Source: Eubacteriales bacterium (GTDB lineage Bacteria; Bacillota; Clostridia; Oscillospirales; CAG-272). From it: 42,709 bases of DNA. The notes beneath the pieces are model-generated. The model did not search any database and was not told the DNA's origin. It saw only the letters and a list, made by a program, of their open reading frames with translations. Shown in pieces: positions 7,637 through 16,715 of the stretch. The stretch is taken from the NCBI GenBank assembly GCA_045649165.1, contig JAZRPI010000122.1, positions 1 through 42,709 on the forward strand, in the 5' to 3' direction. The position numbers and the translations under genes were made by a program. Positions within the stretch are counted from its first letter, which is position 1. Every line of letters begins with the position of its first letter.

Positions 7637-8131
7637 ATGGCATTTAGTGAACAATCAGAAAAATTGACACTAGATTTGATACAAGCAGAATACTTAAATG
7701 CTTGTAATAAGTTTGGAGAAAAGTATAACTCACTACATGAGGGATATGCAGTATTACTTGAAGAAATAGAAGAAGCGATAGCAGAAGTAAAAAATCTAAT
7801 CATTGGTAAAAAAATGATTTGGCAATATCTAAAAGATTACGACCCAAAAAGTGTGAGTATTTGTTTAGAACAATCAATGGGGCTTGCTGAAGGTTCTGTT
7901 GAAAATGCTATCAAAGAACTAGCACAAGTTGGAGCAGTTTTAATGAAGATTAAAAACACACTTCAATCAAAAGAAGAAACAACAGAAAAAAGAAAGGTAT
8001 GTTCAAATGCTTGTGAATATATTAATAGAGCATACGGAAGTTATTTTTGCAACGGTCAAAAAAATGCACCTAATGTAAATTTAGGTGATGATTGTTATTA
8101 TAATGATAGAACGGAAGAGCCAAAATTTTAA
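7637..8131 (+). CDS. Hypothetical protein (possible all-alpha MazG-like NTP pyrophosphohydrolase fold, Cys-rich tail)
   Basis: ATG at 7637 after GGAGG. LHEGYAVLLEEIEEAIAEVK resembles MazG-like motifs. Weak. Confidence 0.25.
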   Translation: MAFSEQSEKLTLDLIQAEYLNACNKFGEKYNSLHEGYAVLLEEIEEAIAEVKNLIIGKKMIWQYLKDYDPKSVSICLEQSMGLAEGSVENAIKELAQVGAVLMKIKNTLQSKEETTEKRKVCSNACEYINRAYGSYFCNGQKNAPNVNLGDDCYYNDRTEEPKF

Positions 8132-8141
8132 GAGGTAACAG

Positions 8142-8543
8142 ATGAAAACTAAAAGAGAGATTTTGGAAGAGTTTATGAAAAAAGGACATTGTGAAAATAT
8201 AAACTGTGAAAGTTGTCCTTATGAAAGTAACGGGTGTGGTAATGGCTTTAATCCATTAAGCTACAGACTACGCAAAATCGGAGCAATGGCTATTCTTAGA
8301 CATAACCGTAAGAAAAGAAAATTTGACCCTAATAAGATATTGACTTGTGTTACTGCTGAGCAAGCGAAGAAAGGTATGAGAGGTTACTTTGCAGACTGTT
8401 TTGCAGATATGAAGTCACAATTTAAGATAAAACATATTCGAACCTTGTCTGAAATAAGAGATGAAGAAGCTTATCAAAGATTTATAGACCAAGCAGGTAT
8501 TTCTTGGGATTTATTTTATCCAATGGATGAGGTGGAAGAATGA
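8142..8543 (+). CDS. Hypothetical Cys-rich protein
   Basis: 133-aa ORF with a GAGG RBS. Confidence 0.6.
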   Translation: MKTKREILEEFMKKGHCENINCESCPYESNGCGNGFNPLSYRLRKIGAMAILRHNRKKRKFDPNKILTCVTAEQAKKGMRGYFADCFADMKSQFKIKHIRTLSEIRDEEAYQRFIDQAGISWDLFYPMDEVEE

Positions 8544-8812
8544 CAGATGAAGTTACAGATAATGACAAATGTTGTATTTGTGGGAAAGTTTTGTTCATTA
8601 ACGGAAAAAGACAAACTGACTTGTGTTATCATCTCGGATTAAGCCGAAAACGCATACTCAAAGATGGTTGTTATGCAGACGGTTCAGAATGTGCTGTACT
8701 TATTTGTAAATCTTGTTTCAGTAGGAATAACAACGAACTCATAATGAGAAAAATCTGGAAAGGACATGAAAGGTCTAAAAAAATAAGAAAACAAAGAGGT
8801 GAAGAATGTTAA
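8540..8812 (+). CDS. Hypothetical zinc-ribbon protein
   Basis: CCICG ... CKSC pairs. Start overlaps the previous stop (ATGA). Confidence 0.55.
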   Translation: MTDEVTDNDKCCICGKVLFINGKRQTDLCYHLGLSRKRILKDGCYADGSECAVLICKSCFSRNNNELIMRKIWKGHERSKKIRKQRGEEC

Positions 8813-9192
8813 TATTTCCACTAAAAAAACAATGGTATGAAAAAATAAAGTCTGGTGAAAAGACTGTTGAATATCGTGAAATGAAAATATATTGGATAAC
8901 GAGAATCTGTAATGCTACACAAGAATGGAATTATCAAAATAACTACGGATGTGTAATGTTTGAAAGTGGAACAAACGAAGCAGTAAAAGGAATTACTAAA
9001 ATGACTTTTATTAAAAAAATGCCTTGTATTTTGCAAAACGGATATAACCCAAAAACACGATTAAAAGCAGATATTTCAAAGATTGAAGTAGTAAATGGTA
9101 AGTATACAGACCTCGCTATAGATAAACCTGTATATGCTATATATCTTTCAAACATAAGAGAGTCTTCTATTAGTGAGGTGAAAGAATGCTAA
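8806..9192 (+). CDS. ASCH (PUA-like) domain protein
   Basis: FPLKKQWYEKIKSGEKTVEYR matches the ASCH N-terminal signature. Confidence 0.6.
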   Translation: MLIFPLKKQWYEKIKSGEKTVEYREMKIYWITRICNATQEWNYQNNYGCVMFESGTNEAVKGITKMTFIKKMPCILQNGYNPKTRLKADISKIEVVNGKYTDLAIDKPVYAIYLSNIRESSISEVKEC

Positions 9193-9386
9193 TTTTAATT
9201 GAAATCTTATTTTTAATTTTTGGGATTATTTTTGATAAAAACGGTTTGCTTATTACAACTTTAATTTTTAGTAGTTTTTGGATATTAGTGACATTGTTGC
9301 TGAGCCAAAAAAAGAAAGTTTCTAAGTTTATATTTTTTTTGAGAATAATTTGTTTCGCATTATCAATTATTTATCTTGTTATATGA
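9186..9386 (+). CDS. Small membrane protein (2-3 TM helices)
   Basis: 66 aa, almost entirely hydrophobic. GAGGTG RBS. Confidence 0.55.
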   Translation: MLILIEILFLIFGIIFDKNGLLITTLIFSSFWILVTLLLSQKKKVSKFIFFLRIICFALSIIYLVI

Positions 9387-9398
9387 GGTGGAAGAACA

Positions 9399-9641
9399 AT
9401 GAAGTATACACCAGAAGAAATTAAAAACAGACTTTCCAACATTGGTGAAGCAATTGGCACAATTGCACTTGAATATATATCTGAATTAGAACAAGAAAAC
9501 GAGCAATTAGAACAACAGATTGAGAAAATGAAATGTTGTAGGAATTGCAAATATTGGAATGTACCTGATGATGTATTTAATACTCCTTGTGAAAAGTGCG
9601 ATGTATGTAAAGATTTTAACAAATGGGAGTTAGCAGAATGA
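9399..9641 (+). CDS. Hypothetical coiled-coil/Cys-rich protein
   Basis: 80 aa. GAGGTGG RBS. Confidence 0.55.
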   Translation: MKYTPEEIKNRLSNIGEAIGTIALEYISELEQENEQLEQQIEKMKCCRNCKYWNVPDDVFNTPCEKCDVCKDFNKWELAE

Positions 9642-10189
9642 CTAGAACACAAGCGGGAAGAAAAGCAAAAAAGAATGGTCAATATTTTGAAAACTTTTTA
9701 AATAAAGTTTTTAATACTTGCTCACAATTAGGATACTGCAATATCGAAAAAACACCAGAGCCTTTTAGATTTATTAAACCCTACTCTACAAATCTTTTTG
9801 TAGGTTGTTATATTAAGTCGGCCCAGCCCGATTATAAAGGCACATTAAAAGGTGGCAGAAGCATTGTATTAGAAGCAAAGAGTGTATCCACAGGAAAAAT
9901 AAGTTTGTCTGCTTTGACAGAAAACGAAATGGCAGAACTTATAAAACATAAAGAACTTGGGGCTTGTACAGGTGTAATTGTTTATGATTCTGCAAATGGG
10001 AATATTTATTTATTGCCAATTGTTATGTTCGAACGAATGCAAGACTTGTTTAATAGAAAACACATAAAACTAAAGGAAGTAGAAAAATTTTGCATAAACA
10101 CAAAATTGGTAAATAAGAACTTATCTGATTTATTTAGTTTTATAACTACTCGCACATTTGAAGATTGTCAAAAATTAATCGAATTGTAA
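9638..10189 (+). CDS. recU: RecU-like Holliday junction resolvase (PD-(D/E)xK)
   Basis: GQYFENFL..., PDYKG...GRSIVLEAKS pattern as in RecU. ATG at 9638 overlaps the previous stop (ATGA). Confidence 0.6.
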   Translation: MTRTQAGRKAKKNGQYFENFLNKVFNTCSQLGYCNIEKTPEPFRFIKPYSTNLFVGCYIKSAQPDYKGTLKGGRSIVLEAKSVSTGKISLSALTENEMAELIKHKELGACTGVIVYDSANGNIYLLPIVMFERMQDLFNRKHIKLKEVEKFCINTKLVNKNLSDLFSFITTRTFEDCQKLIEL

Positions 10190-10199
10190 AAAAAATTAG

Positions 10200-10228
10200 T
10201 TGATAAATATCCGATACAGTTGTATAGT
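10200..10228 (+). promoter_or_regulatory. Sigma70-like promoter TTGATA-17 nt-TATAGT
   Basis: TTGATA at 10200..10205 and TATAGT at 10223..10228, upstream of the small ORF at 10267. Confidence 0.5.
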
Positions 10229-10266
10229 GTAATCAAGAGAGGTAGAAAGCTACCTAAGGAGTAAAT

Positions 10267-10446
10267 ATGAAAAGATACGAAGTTATCTTCTGGAATGGCA
10301 CAAACGAAAACGGATACAGAAGCAGTTTGTTTTTTTCTGCAACAACAAGAAAAGCTACAAAAGAAGCGGCAGAAAAATACATAAAAAAAACAGGATTACA
10401 AATGCAGATCATAGCAATTATGGAGAGTGCATTTAATATAAAATAG
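10267..10446 (+). CDS. Hypothetical small protein (59 aa), a stand-alone transcription unit
   Basis: AGGAG RBS with its own promoter upstream and terminator downstream. Below the ORF-track cutoff. Confidence 0.5.
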   Translation: MKRYEVIFWNGTNENGYRSSLFFSATTRKATKEAAEKYIKKTGLQMQIIAIMESAFNIK

Positions 10447-10451
10447 GACAA

Positions 10452-10478
10452 AGACCACCAACTCGGTGGTCTTTTTTA
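10452..10478 (+). terminator. Rho-independent terminator
   Basis: agaccacc / ggtggtct stem (8 bp) plus a T-run. Confidence 0.8.
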
Positions 10479-10490
10479 TTTTTCTTACAA

Positions 10491-10501
10491 AAAAGACTAT
10501 A
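10491..10501 (+). promoter_or_regulatory. A-tract+GACTATA motif, copy 1
   Basis: aaaaGACTATA directly after a terminator. ATG at 10519 with an AGGAG RBS downstream. Confidence 0.5.
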
Positions 10502-10518
10502 AATACAGGAGATAAACA

Positions 10519-12537
10519 ATGAAAACAATAGAACAGATGTATAACGAAGCAAAAGCACTAGTTGAGGATAGAACATACAATATCGGTGAGATTTCTGAAA
10601 AAACAGGTTTACAGAAAACTGCAAATGGATGGGTAAAGCCTTCTGAAACAAACTTCGGAAAAGTAAAACAAAATAAAAATGGAGAATGGGGTGTACAAAC
10701 CAAACAGGGAAAGAATTCTCCATTTATTAAGCATAAAAATGAATCAGAAGCAAAAAATGCTCTTGTAAATTATACAAAAGGATATAACTCAGTGGTGAAA
10801 ACAAAGCAAGATCCACATTCAGAAAAAGCAAGACAAATAAAACACTGGAATAAAGAAACTAAAAAAATAATGAAAGAGAATAAAGCTCAACGGAGAGCTG
10901 AACGAGCTGCTCAATTTAGAAATGACAAAAATCTTAAAAACCAGAAAAAAACAGAAAAAGAAGAAAAAAGCAAATGGGAAAAAACAACTGACTACCTAGG
11001 AAGAGACAGAATCTCATTAAAAACAAAACAGGGAGGTCTTGTAAGTATTTATGAAACAGACAATCCAAATCAAAAAAATAATCGATTTAGAGTAGATACA
11101 GGTACACATACAAATACATTTAATACAATGGAAGAAGCAAAAGCGTTTGCTGAAAAACACTACGGAGACACAAAAGAAAATGGACCAAAGGGTGATGTTG
11201 ACAGATTTGTTAAAAACAATAAATCTATGTGGCAAAAGAATATTGAAAAAGCGCCAGATGCTAGATTGAAAGAGTTAGCTGCAAAATCAGAAAAGGGAAA
11301 CGCCGCAGAAAAAGAAGTTGCAAAAATGGCAAAAGAAGAACTTGCAAAAAGAACATCTTCAACAAAAGCTGAAAATCCTTATGCTTTATCAAAAGAAGAA
11401 AAAAACGAAGCTATGAAAAATCCTAAAACAAGATTATCTCAAAAATATGATGAAGTAATAAAATCTAAAAAAGGTACACCACAATATAATACAGCTCTTG
11501 AAGAGTATACAAAGGAAAGAGAGATTTTTAAAAATTCACAAGGTGTTGAAGCATTAAAAGGATTTCCTGTAGTACCAATTTCTAAAGACTCTGCCTGCCG
11601 CATTACAGCCGATACAAAAATTAAATTAAAAAATGTAGTGGAAGATAGAAAATATCAGATTGGTGAAATTTCAGAAAAGACAGGTTTGCAAAAGACTGCA
11701 AATGGGTGGGTGAAACCAAAGAAAGGGACCTCCACAAAGAAAGAAGAAAGTAAAAAAGAAACAGCAGAAATAAAATATACAGGGGAATGGAAAACAGATG
11801 CTGAAAAATTCGACCCAGAAGCGCAAGAAGGGATAAAAGAGTTAGCTGCAATGACAGGCAAATCAGAAGAAGAGATATATCAAATTATGAAAGTATTTGT
11901 ACCAGGAATGCCAAAAGAGCGACAAAAGGAAGAAGAAAACAAAAACACATTTGTAAAATTTGATAAAAATCCTATTTCTGCAGATGTTGGAGATTGGGCC
12001 TTCTCTTCTTACGAAGACGGATCTACAGAAGAAGAATTAGCAGGATTTATCTACGAAGCAATAGAAATGGATGCAAATGTGGATATTGGAGAAGTTTTAC
12101 ACAATCTCGATTTACATGTAGAAAATTTCGATAAAGACAATCAAAAAAAATGGGAAAAGGTAAAAAACGATTTTATCAAAAGGTTTAAACCGAAACAAAC
12201 TCATAACCCTATGTCCACAAAAAATAAAAAAGAAGAACAAAAAGAACAGAAACCTAAGAAAGACTATGGGAAAGCAACAGGTGCGGCAAAAAAAGTAATA
12301 GATATGATTGATGATCTTGAAGTTCCATATAAAGATTTTTTCTTGGAATGCTTACAAAAAGGACTAAGTGTAGACGATGCTCTAGATGAGTTACGATCTA
12401 AAAAAGTTGCTTATTATGCAGGTTCTAAGTTTGACCCAAAAAAAGAGAAAGTAAATCAATTTTATGACCTCCAAGATACACTCAAAAATAAGGGATTAAG
12501 GACCGTTGTACCATTAAACTGGGGATTCTGGGAATAA
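10519..12537 (+). CDS. Large Lys/Glu-rich protein (672 aa) with an internally duplicated module; function unknown
   Basis: EDRTYNIGEISEKTGLQKTANGWVKP near the N-terminus and EDRKYQIGEISEKTGLQKTANGWVKP at about aa 380. Low complexity overall. Confidence 0.7.
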   Translation: MKTIEQMYNEAKALVEDRTYNIGEISEKTGLQKTANGWVKPSETNFGKVKQNKNGEWGVQTKQGKNSPFIKHKNESEAKNALVNYTKGYNSVVKTKQDPHSEKARQIKHWNKETKKIMKENKAQRRAERAAQFRNDKNLKNQKKTEKEEKSKWEKTTDYLGRDRISLKTKQGGLVSIYETDNPNQKNNRFRVDTGTHTNTFNTMEEAKAFAEKHYGDTKENGPKGDVDRFVKNNKSMWQKNIEKAPDARLKELAAKSEKGNAAEKEVAKMAKEELAKRTSSTKAENPYALSKEEKNEAMKNPKTRLSQKYDEVIKSKKGTPQYNTALEEYTKEREIFKNSQGVEALKGFPVVPISKDSACRITADTKIKLKNVVEDRKYQIGEISEKTGLQKTANGWVKPKKGTSTKKEESKKETAEIKYTGEWKTDAEKFDPEAQEGIKELAAMTGKSEEEIYQIMKVFVPGMPKERQKEEENKNTFVKFDKNPISADVGDWAFSSYEDGSTEEELAGFIYEAIEMDANVDIGEVLHNLDLHVENFDKDNQKKWEKVKNDFIKRFKPKQTHNPMSTKNKKEEQKEQKPKKDYGKATGAAKKVIDMIDDLEVPYKDFFLECLQKGLSVDDALDELRSKKVAYYAGSKFDPKKEKVNQFYDLQDTLKNKGLRTVVPLNWGFWE

Positions 12538-12614
12538 TATGAGTATGAGAGAAGTAACACTAGATACAAAGATAAGATGAAAAAAATAATACAACTCCAT
12601 TTTTCTTAAGACAT

Positions 12615-12640
12615 AGCTCTGACAAGTTCAGAGCTTTTTT
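12615..12640 (+). terminator. Rho-independent terminator
   Basis: agctctga / tcagagct stem (8 bp) plus TTTTTT. Confidence 0.8.
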
Positions 12641-12646
12641 AATTTT

Positions 12647-12657
12647 AAAAGACTATA
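12647..12657 (+). promoter_or_regulatory. A-tract+GACTATA motif, copy 2 (5 nt from the ATG)
   Basis: aaaaGACTATAactatATG. No SD possible. Confidence 0.55.
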
Positions 12658-12662
12658 ACTAT

Positions 12663-13322
12663 ATGAGAGAAATAACACCAGATACAAAGATTAAATTATC
12701 ACAAATAAAAAGACTTATTACTGATAAACATAGTAAAGATCAAGTCGGAACAGTCAGAAGATGGTCAGATAATAAATTACATGAGAAAACAAGTCACGGG
12801 TGGAAAGTTGTAGCAAATAATAAAGAATATGAAATAAAAGAATATAAAGAAGAGAAATCAAGAAAAGATTTATCACCCAAAATAACAACACAAAAGCAAT
12901 TTAATATTTTTGTGGATAACTTATTTAATAAAAACTATAAAGAAGCTGTTTCTACGATTCACCTACCACAAATAGATAGAAAATTATTAAAACAATTAGG
13001 TATCAAAGATAACACGCAGTTTATTTTTAAAGCTAGATACCCACACATAAATCCACAGAGAAAAGCAAACGAAGGTCAAGCCTTAAGGGAAGAAGAATAC
13101 AAAGCCATTCCAAATGCAATAAAAAACGCAAAAGAAGCATATATTGATAAAGAGAATCATAATTTTTTTATTATATTTCAAGATTTAAAAGATAATTCAA
13201 TGGTAAACAAAATTGTATTCAATAAAACAATTAAAGGGAATTATTTAGTAACTATAGGAAAAGTAAATAAAAAGGAAAGTATGAATAAGAAAAAAATATT
13301 GCTCGTAAAAGGTAGGAGTTGA
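12663..13322 (+). CDS. Hypothetical protein sharing the N-terminal T-x-DTKIKL module with the 672-aa protein
   Basis: MREITPDTKIKL... compared with ...RITADTKIKL in the previous gene. The last 6 codons run into the minus-strand tRNA-like element. Confidence 0.6.
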   Translation: MREITPDTKIKLSQIKRLITDKHSKDQVGTVRRWSDNKLHEKTSHGWKVVANNKEYEIKEYKEEKSRKDLSPKITTQKQFNIFVDNLFNKNYKEAVSTIHLPQIDRKLLKQLGIKDNTQFIFKARYPHINPQRKANEGQALREEEYKAIPNAIKNAKEAYIDKENHNFFIIFQDLKDNSMVNKIVFNKTIKGNYLVTIGKVNKKESMNKKKILLVKGRS

Positions 13323-13379
13323 ACCTACATACCAGTCATAAAATAATGGCTGCCTATTTCCACATTTAGGTACATTTAC
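13304..13379 (-). tRNA. tRNA-like gene with a non-canonical anticodon arm (possible pseudo-tRNA or unusual tRNA)
   Basis: Minus strand: acceptor GTAAATG / CTTTTAC (6 of 7 bp), D-arm CCTA-AATGTGGAAA-TAGG, T-arm GTAGG-TTCAACT-CCTAC, variable loop GGTAT. The anticodon stem AGCCA / TGACT has one C-A mismatch and an 8-nt loop TTATTTTA. Confidence 0.45.
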
Positions 13380-13391
13380 GAGCTTACTATT

Positions 13392-13420
13392 ATAATAAGC
13401 TATTTTTATTAATAAGTCAA
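13392..13420 (-). promoter_or_regulatory. Sigma70-like promoter for the tRNA-like gene, TTGACT-17 nt-TATTAT
   Basis: Minus strand: TTGACT (13420..13415), 17-nt spacer, TATTAT (13397..13392). The -10 ends 12 nt upstream of the tRNA-like 5' end. Confidence 0.5.
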
Positions 13421-13438
13421 ATAAAACTTTCCATACAA

Positions 13439-13449
13439 AAAAGACTATA
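13439..13449 (+). promoter_or_regulatory. A-tract+GACTATA motif, copy 3 (5 nt from the ATG)
   Basis: aaaaaaGACTATAtaggtATG. Confidence 0.55.
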
Positions 13450-13454
13450 TAGGT

Positions 13455-14768
13455 ATGGAAGTAAAATGCAAAACACAACACACACTACCCTTGGAAGAAT
13501 TAACAGAGTTTCAAGGGAACCTCAAAGAACGAGATAATGTCGATATTGGCAAAATTATCAAGTCAATTAAAAAGCATGGTTTCTCGTTTCCTTTCTTTGT
13601 TTGGAATCATGATGCAATTAATCATGTATTGGACAGTCACGGAAGACTTAAAGCCTTACAACAAATGGTAGCACACGGGGAAAATATTCCAGAATTACCA
13701 ATTGTATATGTAGACTGTCGTGATGAAGCCGATGCAAAAGAATTGTTACTTAAATTAAACAGTCAATACGGAAAAATGACTGCAGAAAGTATAAAAGACT
13801 TTCTCGGAGATTTACAAATAGATTTTACAGAGTTAGCAATTCCTGACGGATTCCTGGACCTTTCAATTTTGGAAGAACCCAAAGAAAAAACAGACGATGA
13901 TGAAGCTCCTGAAATTGACTATGAAGAACCTGCTCAAAGCGAACAAGGGCAAGTGTATGAACTTGGTCCTCATAGATTAATGTGTGGAGACAGCACTAGC
14001 GCAGAAGATATGGCAATTCTTATGAATGGAGCTAAAGCCGATTTAATCATAACAGACCCACCATACAATGTTGATTATGAAGGAAGTAACGGAAAAAAAA
14101 TCCAAAACGACAAAATGGAAGATAACTCATTTTTAAACTTTCTGACTGCGGCATTTAAAACAATGCTTGGAGTTCTTAAAAACGGTGGCGTTTATTATAT
14201 ATGGCACGCAGATAGTGAAGGTTTTAATTTCAGACAAGCGATAAAAAACTGTGGTGGTATTGTTCGGCAATGTTTGATATGGGTTAAAAATAGTCTTGTT
14301 TTAGGTCGCCAGGATTACCAATGGAGACACGAACCTTGTCTATATGGTTGGAAAGAAGGCGCTGGTCACTATTGGGAAGGTGCTCGTGATTTATCCACAG
14401 TAATAGACAACAGACCAAATTATAAAACAATGAACAAAGATGAACTCATTGAAGAAATAAAAAAACTTCGAGGTGACAATATCCCGTCAACGATTATCTA
14501 CGAAGATAAACCAAGTAAAAATGATGATCACTCAACAATGAAGCCTGTCAAACTTTTTGAACGATTAATCAAAAACAGTTCAAAGGAAGAGGATATTATT
14601 CTCGACCCATTCGGTGGTTCAGGAACAACTATTATTGCATCACAGAAATTAAACAGACACGCAAGATTAATGGAACTTGACCCAAAATATTGTGATGTTA
14701 TCAGAAAGCGTTGGACTAAATACGCAAAAGAAAACGGTCTAGAAATTGGTAGTGGAGGATTAGAATAA
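13455..14768 (+). CDS. ParB-like N-terminal domain fused to an N6-adenine/N4-cytosine DNA methyltransferase
   Basis: IITDPPYNVDY (DPPY catalytic motif) and DPFGGSGTTIIA (SAM binding). The N-terminal 100 aa are ParB/Srx-like. Confidence 0.9.
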   Translation: MEVKCKTQHTLPLEELTEFQGNLKERDNVDIGKIIKSIKKHGFSFPFFVWNHDAINHVLDSHGRLKALQQMVAHGENIPELPIVYVDCRDEADAKELLLKLNSQYGKMTAESIKDFLGDLQIDFTELAIPDGFLDLSILEEPKEKTDDDEAPEIDYEEPAQSEQGQVYELGPHRLMCGDSTSAEDMAILMNGAKADLIITDPPYNVDYEGSNGKKIQNDKMEDNSFLNFLTAAFKTMLGVLKNGGVYYIWHADSEGFNFRQAIKNCGGIVRQCLIWVKNSLVLGRQDYQWRHEPCLYGWKEGAGHYWEGARDLSTVIDNRPNYKTMNKDELIEEIKKLRGDNIPSTIIYEDKPSKNDDHSTMKPVKLFERLIKNSSKEEDIILDPFGGSGTTIIASQKLNRHARLMELDPKYCDVIRKRWTKYAKENGLEIGSGGLE

Positions 14769-14978
14769 ATGACAAGAAAGAAACCTAATCGAACACAGAA
14801 AAGACATAGAAGAGATGCAAGATTTTATTGGATGGGGTTCTGGTTTTGCTGTCAAGAAATAAAAGAATTGCCTTTATTGAAAAAAATTAAAATCATCTTT
14901 TATATTTTTAGCCCACACAACAACACCAAAAGAACTAAAGTTATAAAAGAAATATTAAAAACAAAAATAAGAAAATAG
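14769..14978 (+). CDS. Doubtful small basic ORF
   Basis: 69 aa with odd composition and no clear RBS. The region may instead be non-coding (packaging or regulatory). Confidence 0.2.
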   Translation: MTRKKPNRTQKRHRRDARFYWMGFWFCCQEIKELPLLKKIKIIFYIFSPHNNTKRTKVIKEILKTKIRK

Positions 14979-14998
14979 AAAAACGAGAGGTAGTAAGC

Positions 14999-15427
14999 AT
15001 GGCAAAAAAAATATCAAAGAAACAAGTGCTAGACGCCATACAAGGCTCTTGTGGAATAATTTCTAAAGTGCAAAGAAAACTCAAAGCTGCACTGCAAGAA
15101 AACTTTGCGTGGGAAACTACAAAGAAATTTATTGAAAAATGGGAAGACACAAAAAAGGCATTCCAGGAAGAAAAAGAAGCTATTCTTGATTATGCAGAAA
15201 GTAATATTCACGAAGCAATCGTATCCAACAGAGATATCCAAGTATCAAAATGGTATTTGATGACCAAAGGTAAAGAGCGCGGATACGAACAGAATAACAC
15301 CTTCCAAATTGCAAATGATGAACCTTTGAATATTAATTTTGAAGGAGCAAGATTAACTCGTGAAGAATTGTTAAAAGCAGATAATATTGAAATTGGTGGT
15401 CTTTGTGAAGAAAGTTCTACCGAATGA
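14999..15427 (+). CDS. terS: Terminase small subunit (putative)
   Basis: 142 aa, directly upstream of and overlapping the large terminase. HTH-like N-terminus. Called from position. Confidence 0.5.
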   Translation: MAKKISKKQVLDAIQGSCGIISKVQRKLKAALQENFAWETTKKFIEKWEDTKKAFQEEKEAILDYAESNIHEAIVSNRDIQVSKWYLMTKGKERGYEQNNTFQIANDEPLNINFEGARLTREELLKADNIEIGGLCEESSTE

Positions 15428-16715
15428 AAACGATTTAAAAGTATTTGAACACCAAAGACAAATTGTTGATGGACCGCACACTTTACCCGAAGTAGAATGG
15501 TTTATTCTTGCAGGTGGGTATGGGTGCGGTAAATCATTTTCAATTGTGTTATGTATTCTCGACATTGTAAAAACATACAACGGGCAAGACATAAGTGTGG
15601 GAATAGGTTCAATCACAATTACACTTGCAAAAAAAACGATATGGAAAGATTTATCGGCAATCCTTAAAAGAAGCAAATCAAAATACACATTCAACAAACA
15701 AGATAATACACTGATTATTGGAACAATAACTTTTTTCTTTATTGCAATAGAACAACCAGAAGATATCTACGCATACAATGTGAATATATTTTTATGTGAT
15801 GAGATAGACGAATTGTCACAATCTAAAGTATTGGATGCCAACAAGGCAATCCGCGAACGCACAAGAATTATGCTTCCTGATGGAAGAAACCCTTATATTA
15901 TGTATTTTACAACGGTACAAGGATACCGTGGACTTTATAATGTTGTGAAAGAATTGTCACGCACTAAACAAAAATACTTTCTTGTTCGTGGAGAAACTAG
16001 AAAAAACACAACATTGGCAAAAAGTTATATAGATTCTCTTTATGCAATTTATGACGAAAACGAGCGCATGGCGTATCTAGAAGGAAGATTTGTGAACCTT
16101 CGAGCAGGACGAGTGTATCCTGACTTTCAAGATTCAACTTGCTTGTGTAAACCGTTCGATATTGGTGCAGAATACATTGTACAGATAGGACAGGACTTGA
16201 ACAGTGGATTTTCAAAAGGTGTCGCACTTATTAAGAAAGACAAAAGACTATATATAGTGAGAGGTTGGTCGTTCGTAGAAATCGGTCAAGCTCCACAGAT
16301 AATGCGTAGCACATATGTAGAAAATGAAATCGAGTGGTATCCTGACTCTGCAGGAAAAGAAATCTTAAAAGGTTATAAAAAAGAAATTATAGACTATGGG
16401 ATTCAATGCAGAATTGGTAAGGCAAACCCTAGAGTTATTGACCGTGTTTTTTATATTAATAAGTTATTCAGAATGGGGTTATTAGTTATGTTTGACTGCC
16501 CCGAAACTTACGAGCTGAAAGAAGCATTAAAAACAAGGCAATATGACGAAAGTGGGAAACCTGAAAAAGGAAAAGGTGAAAAATCACCAGACCACTACTG
16601 TGATGCATTGGAGTATGTAGTCTACAGAATTGTCAATTCGGATCCTGATTTTATGGACCTTAAAGAATTATCAAGGGAGAACATGAACAAAAATGGCCAC
16701 CTTCAAATCGCTTAG
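15387..16715 (+). CDS. terL: Terminase large subunit
   Basis: Walker A ILAGGYGCGKS and Walker B IFLCDEIDE. Nuclease-half size is appropriate. Start uncertain (TTG 15387 or GTG 15405). Confidence 0.85.
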   Translation: MKLVVFVKKVLPNENDLKVFEHQRQIVDGPHTLPEVEWFILAGGYGCGKSFSIVLCILDIVKTYNGQDISVGIGSITITLAKKTIWKDLSAILKRSKSKYTFNKQDNTLIIGTITFFFIAIEQPEDIYAYNVNIFLCDEIDELSQSKVLDANKAIRERTRIMLPDGRNPYIMYFTTVQGYRGLYNVVKELSRTKQKYFLVRGETRKNTTLAKSYIDSLYAIYDENERMAYLEGRFVNLRAGRVYPDFQDSTCLCKPFDIGAEYIVQIGQDLNSGFSKGVALIKKDKRLYIVRGWSFVEIGQAPQIMRSTYVENEIEWYPDSAGKEILKGYKKEIIDYGIQCRIGKANPRVIDRVFYINKLFRMGLLVMFDCPETYELKEALKTRQYDESGKPEKGKGEKSPDHYCDALEYVVYRIVNSDPDFMDLKELSRENMNKNGHLQIA

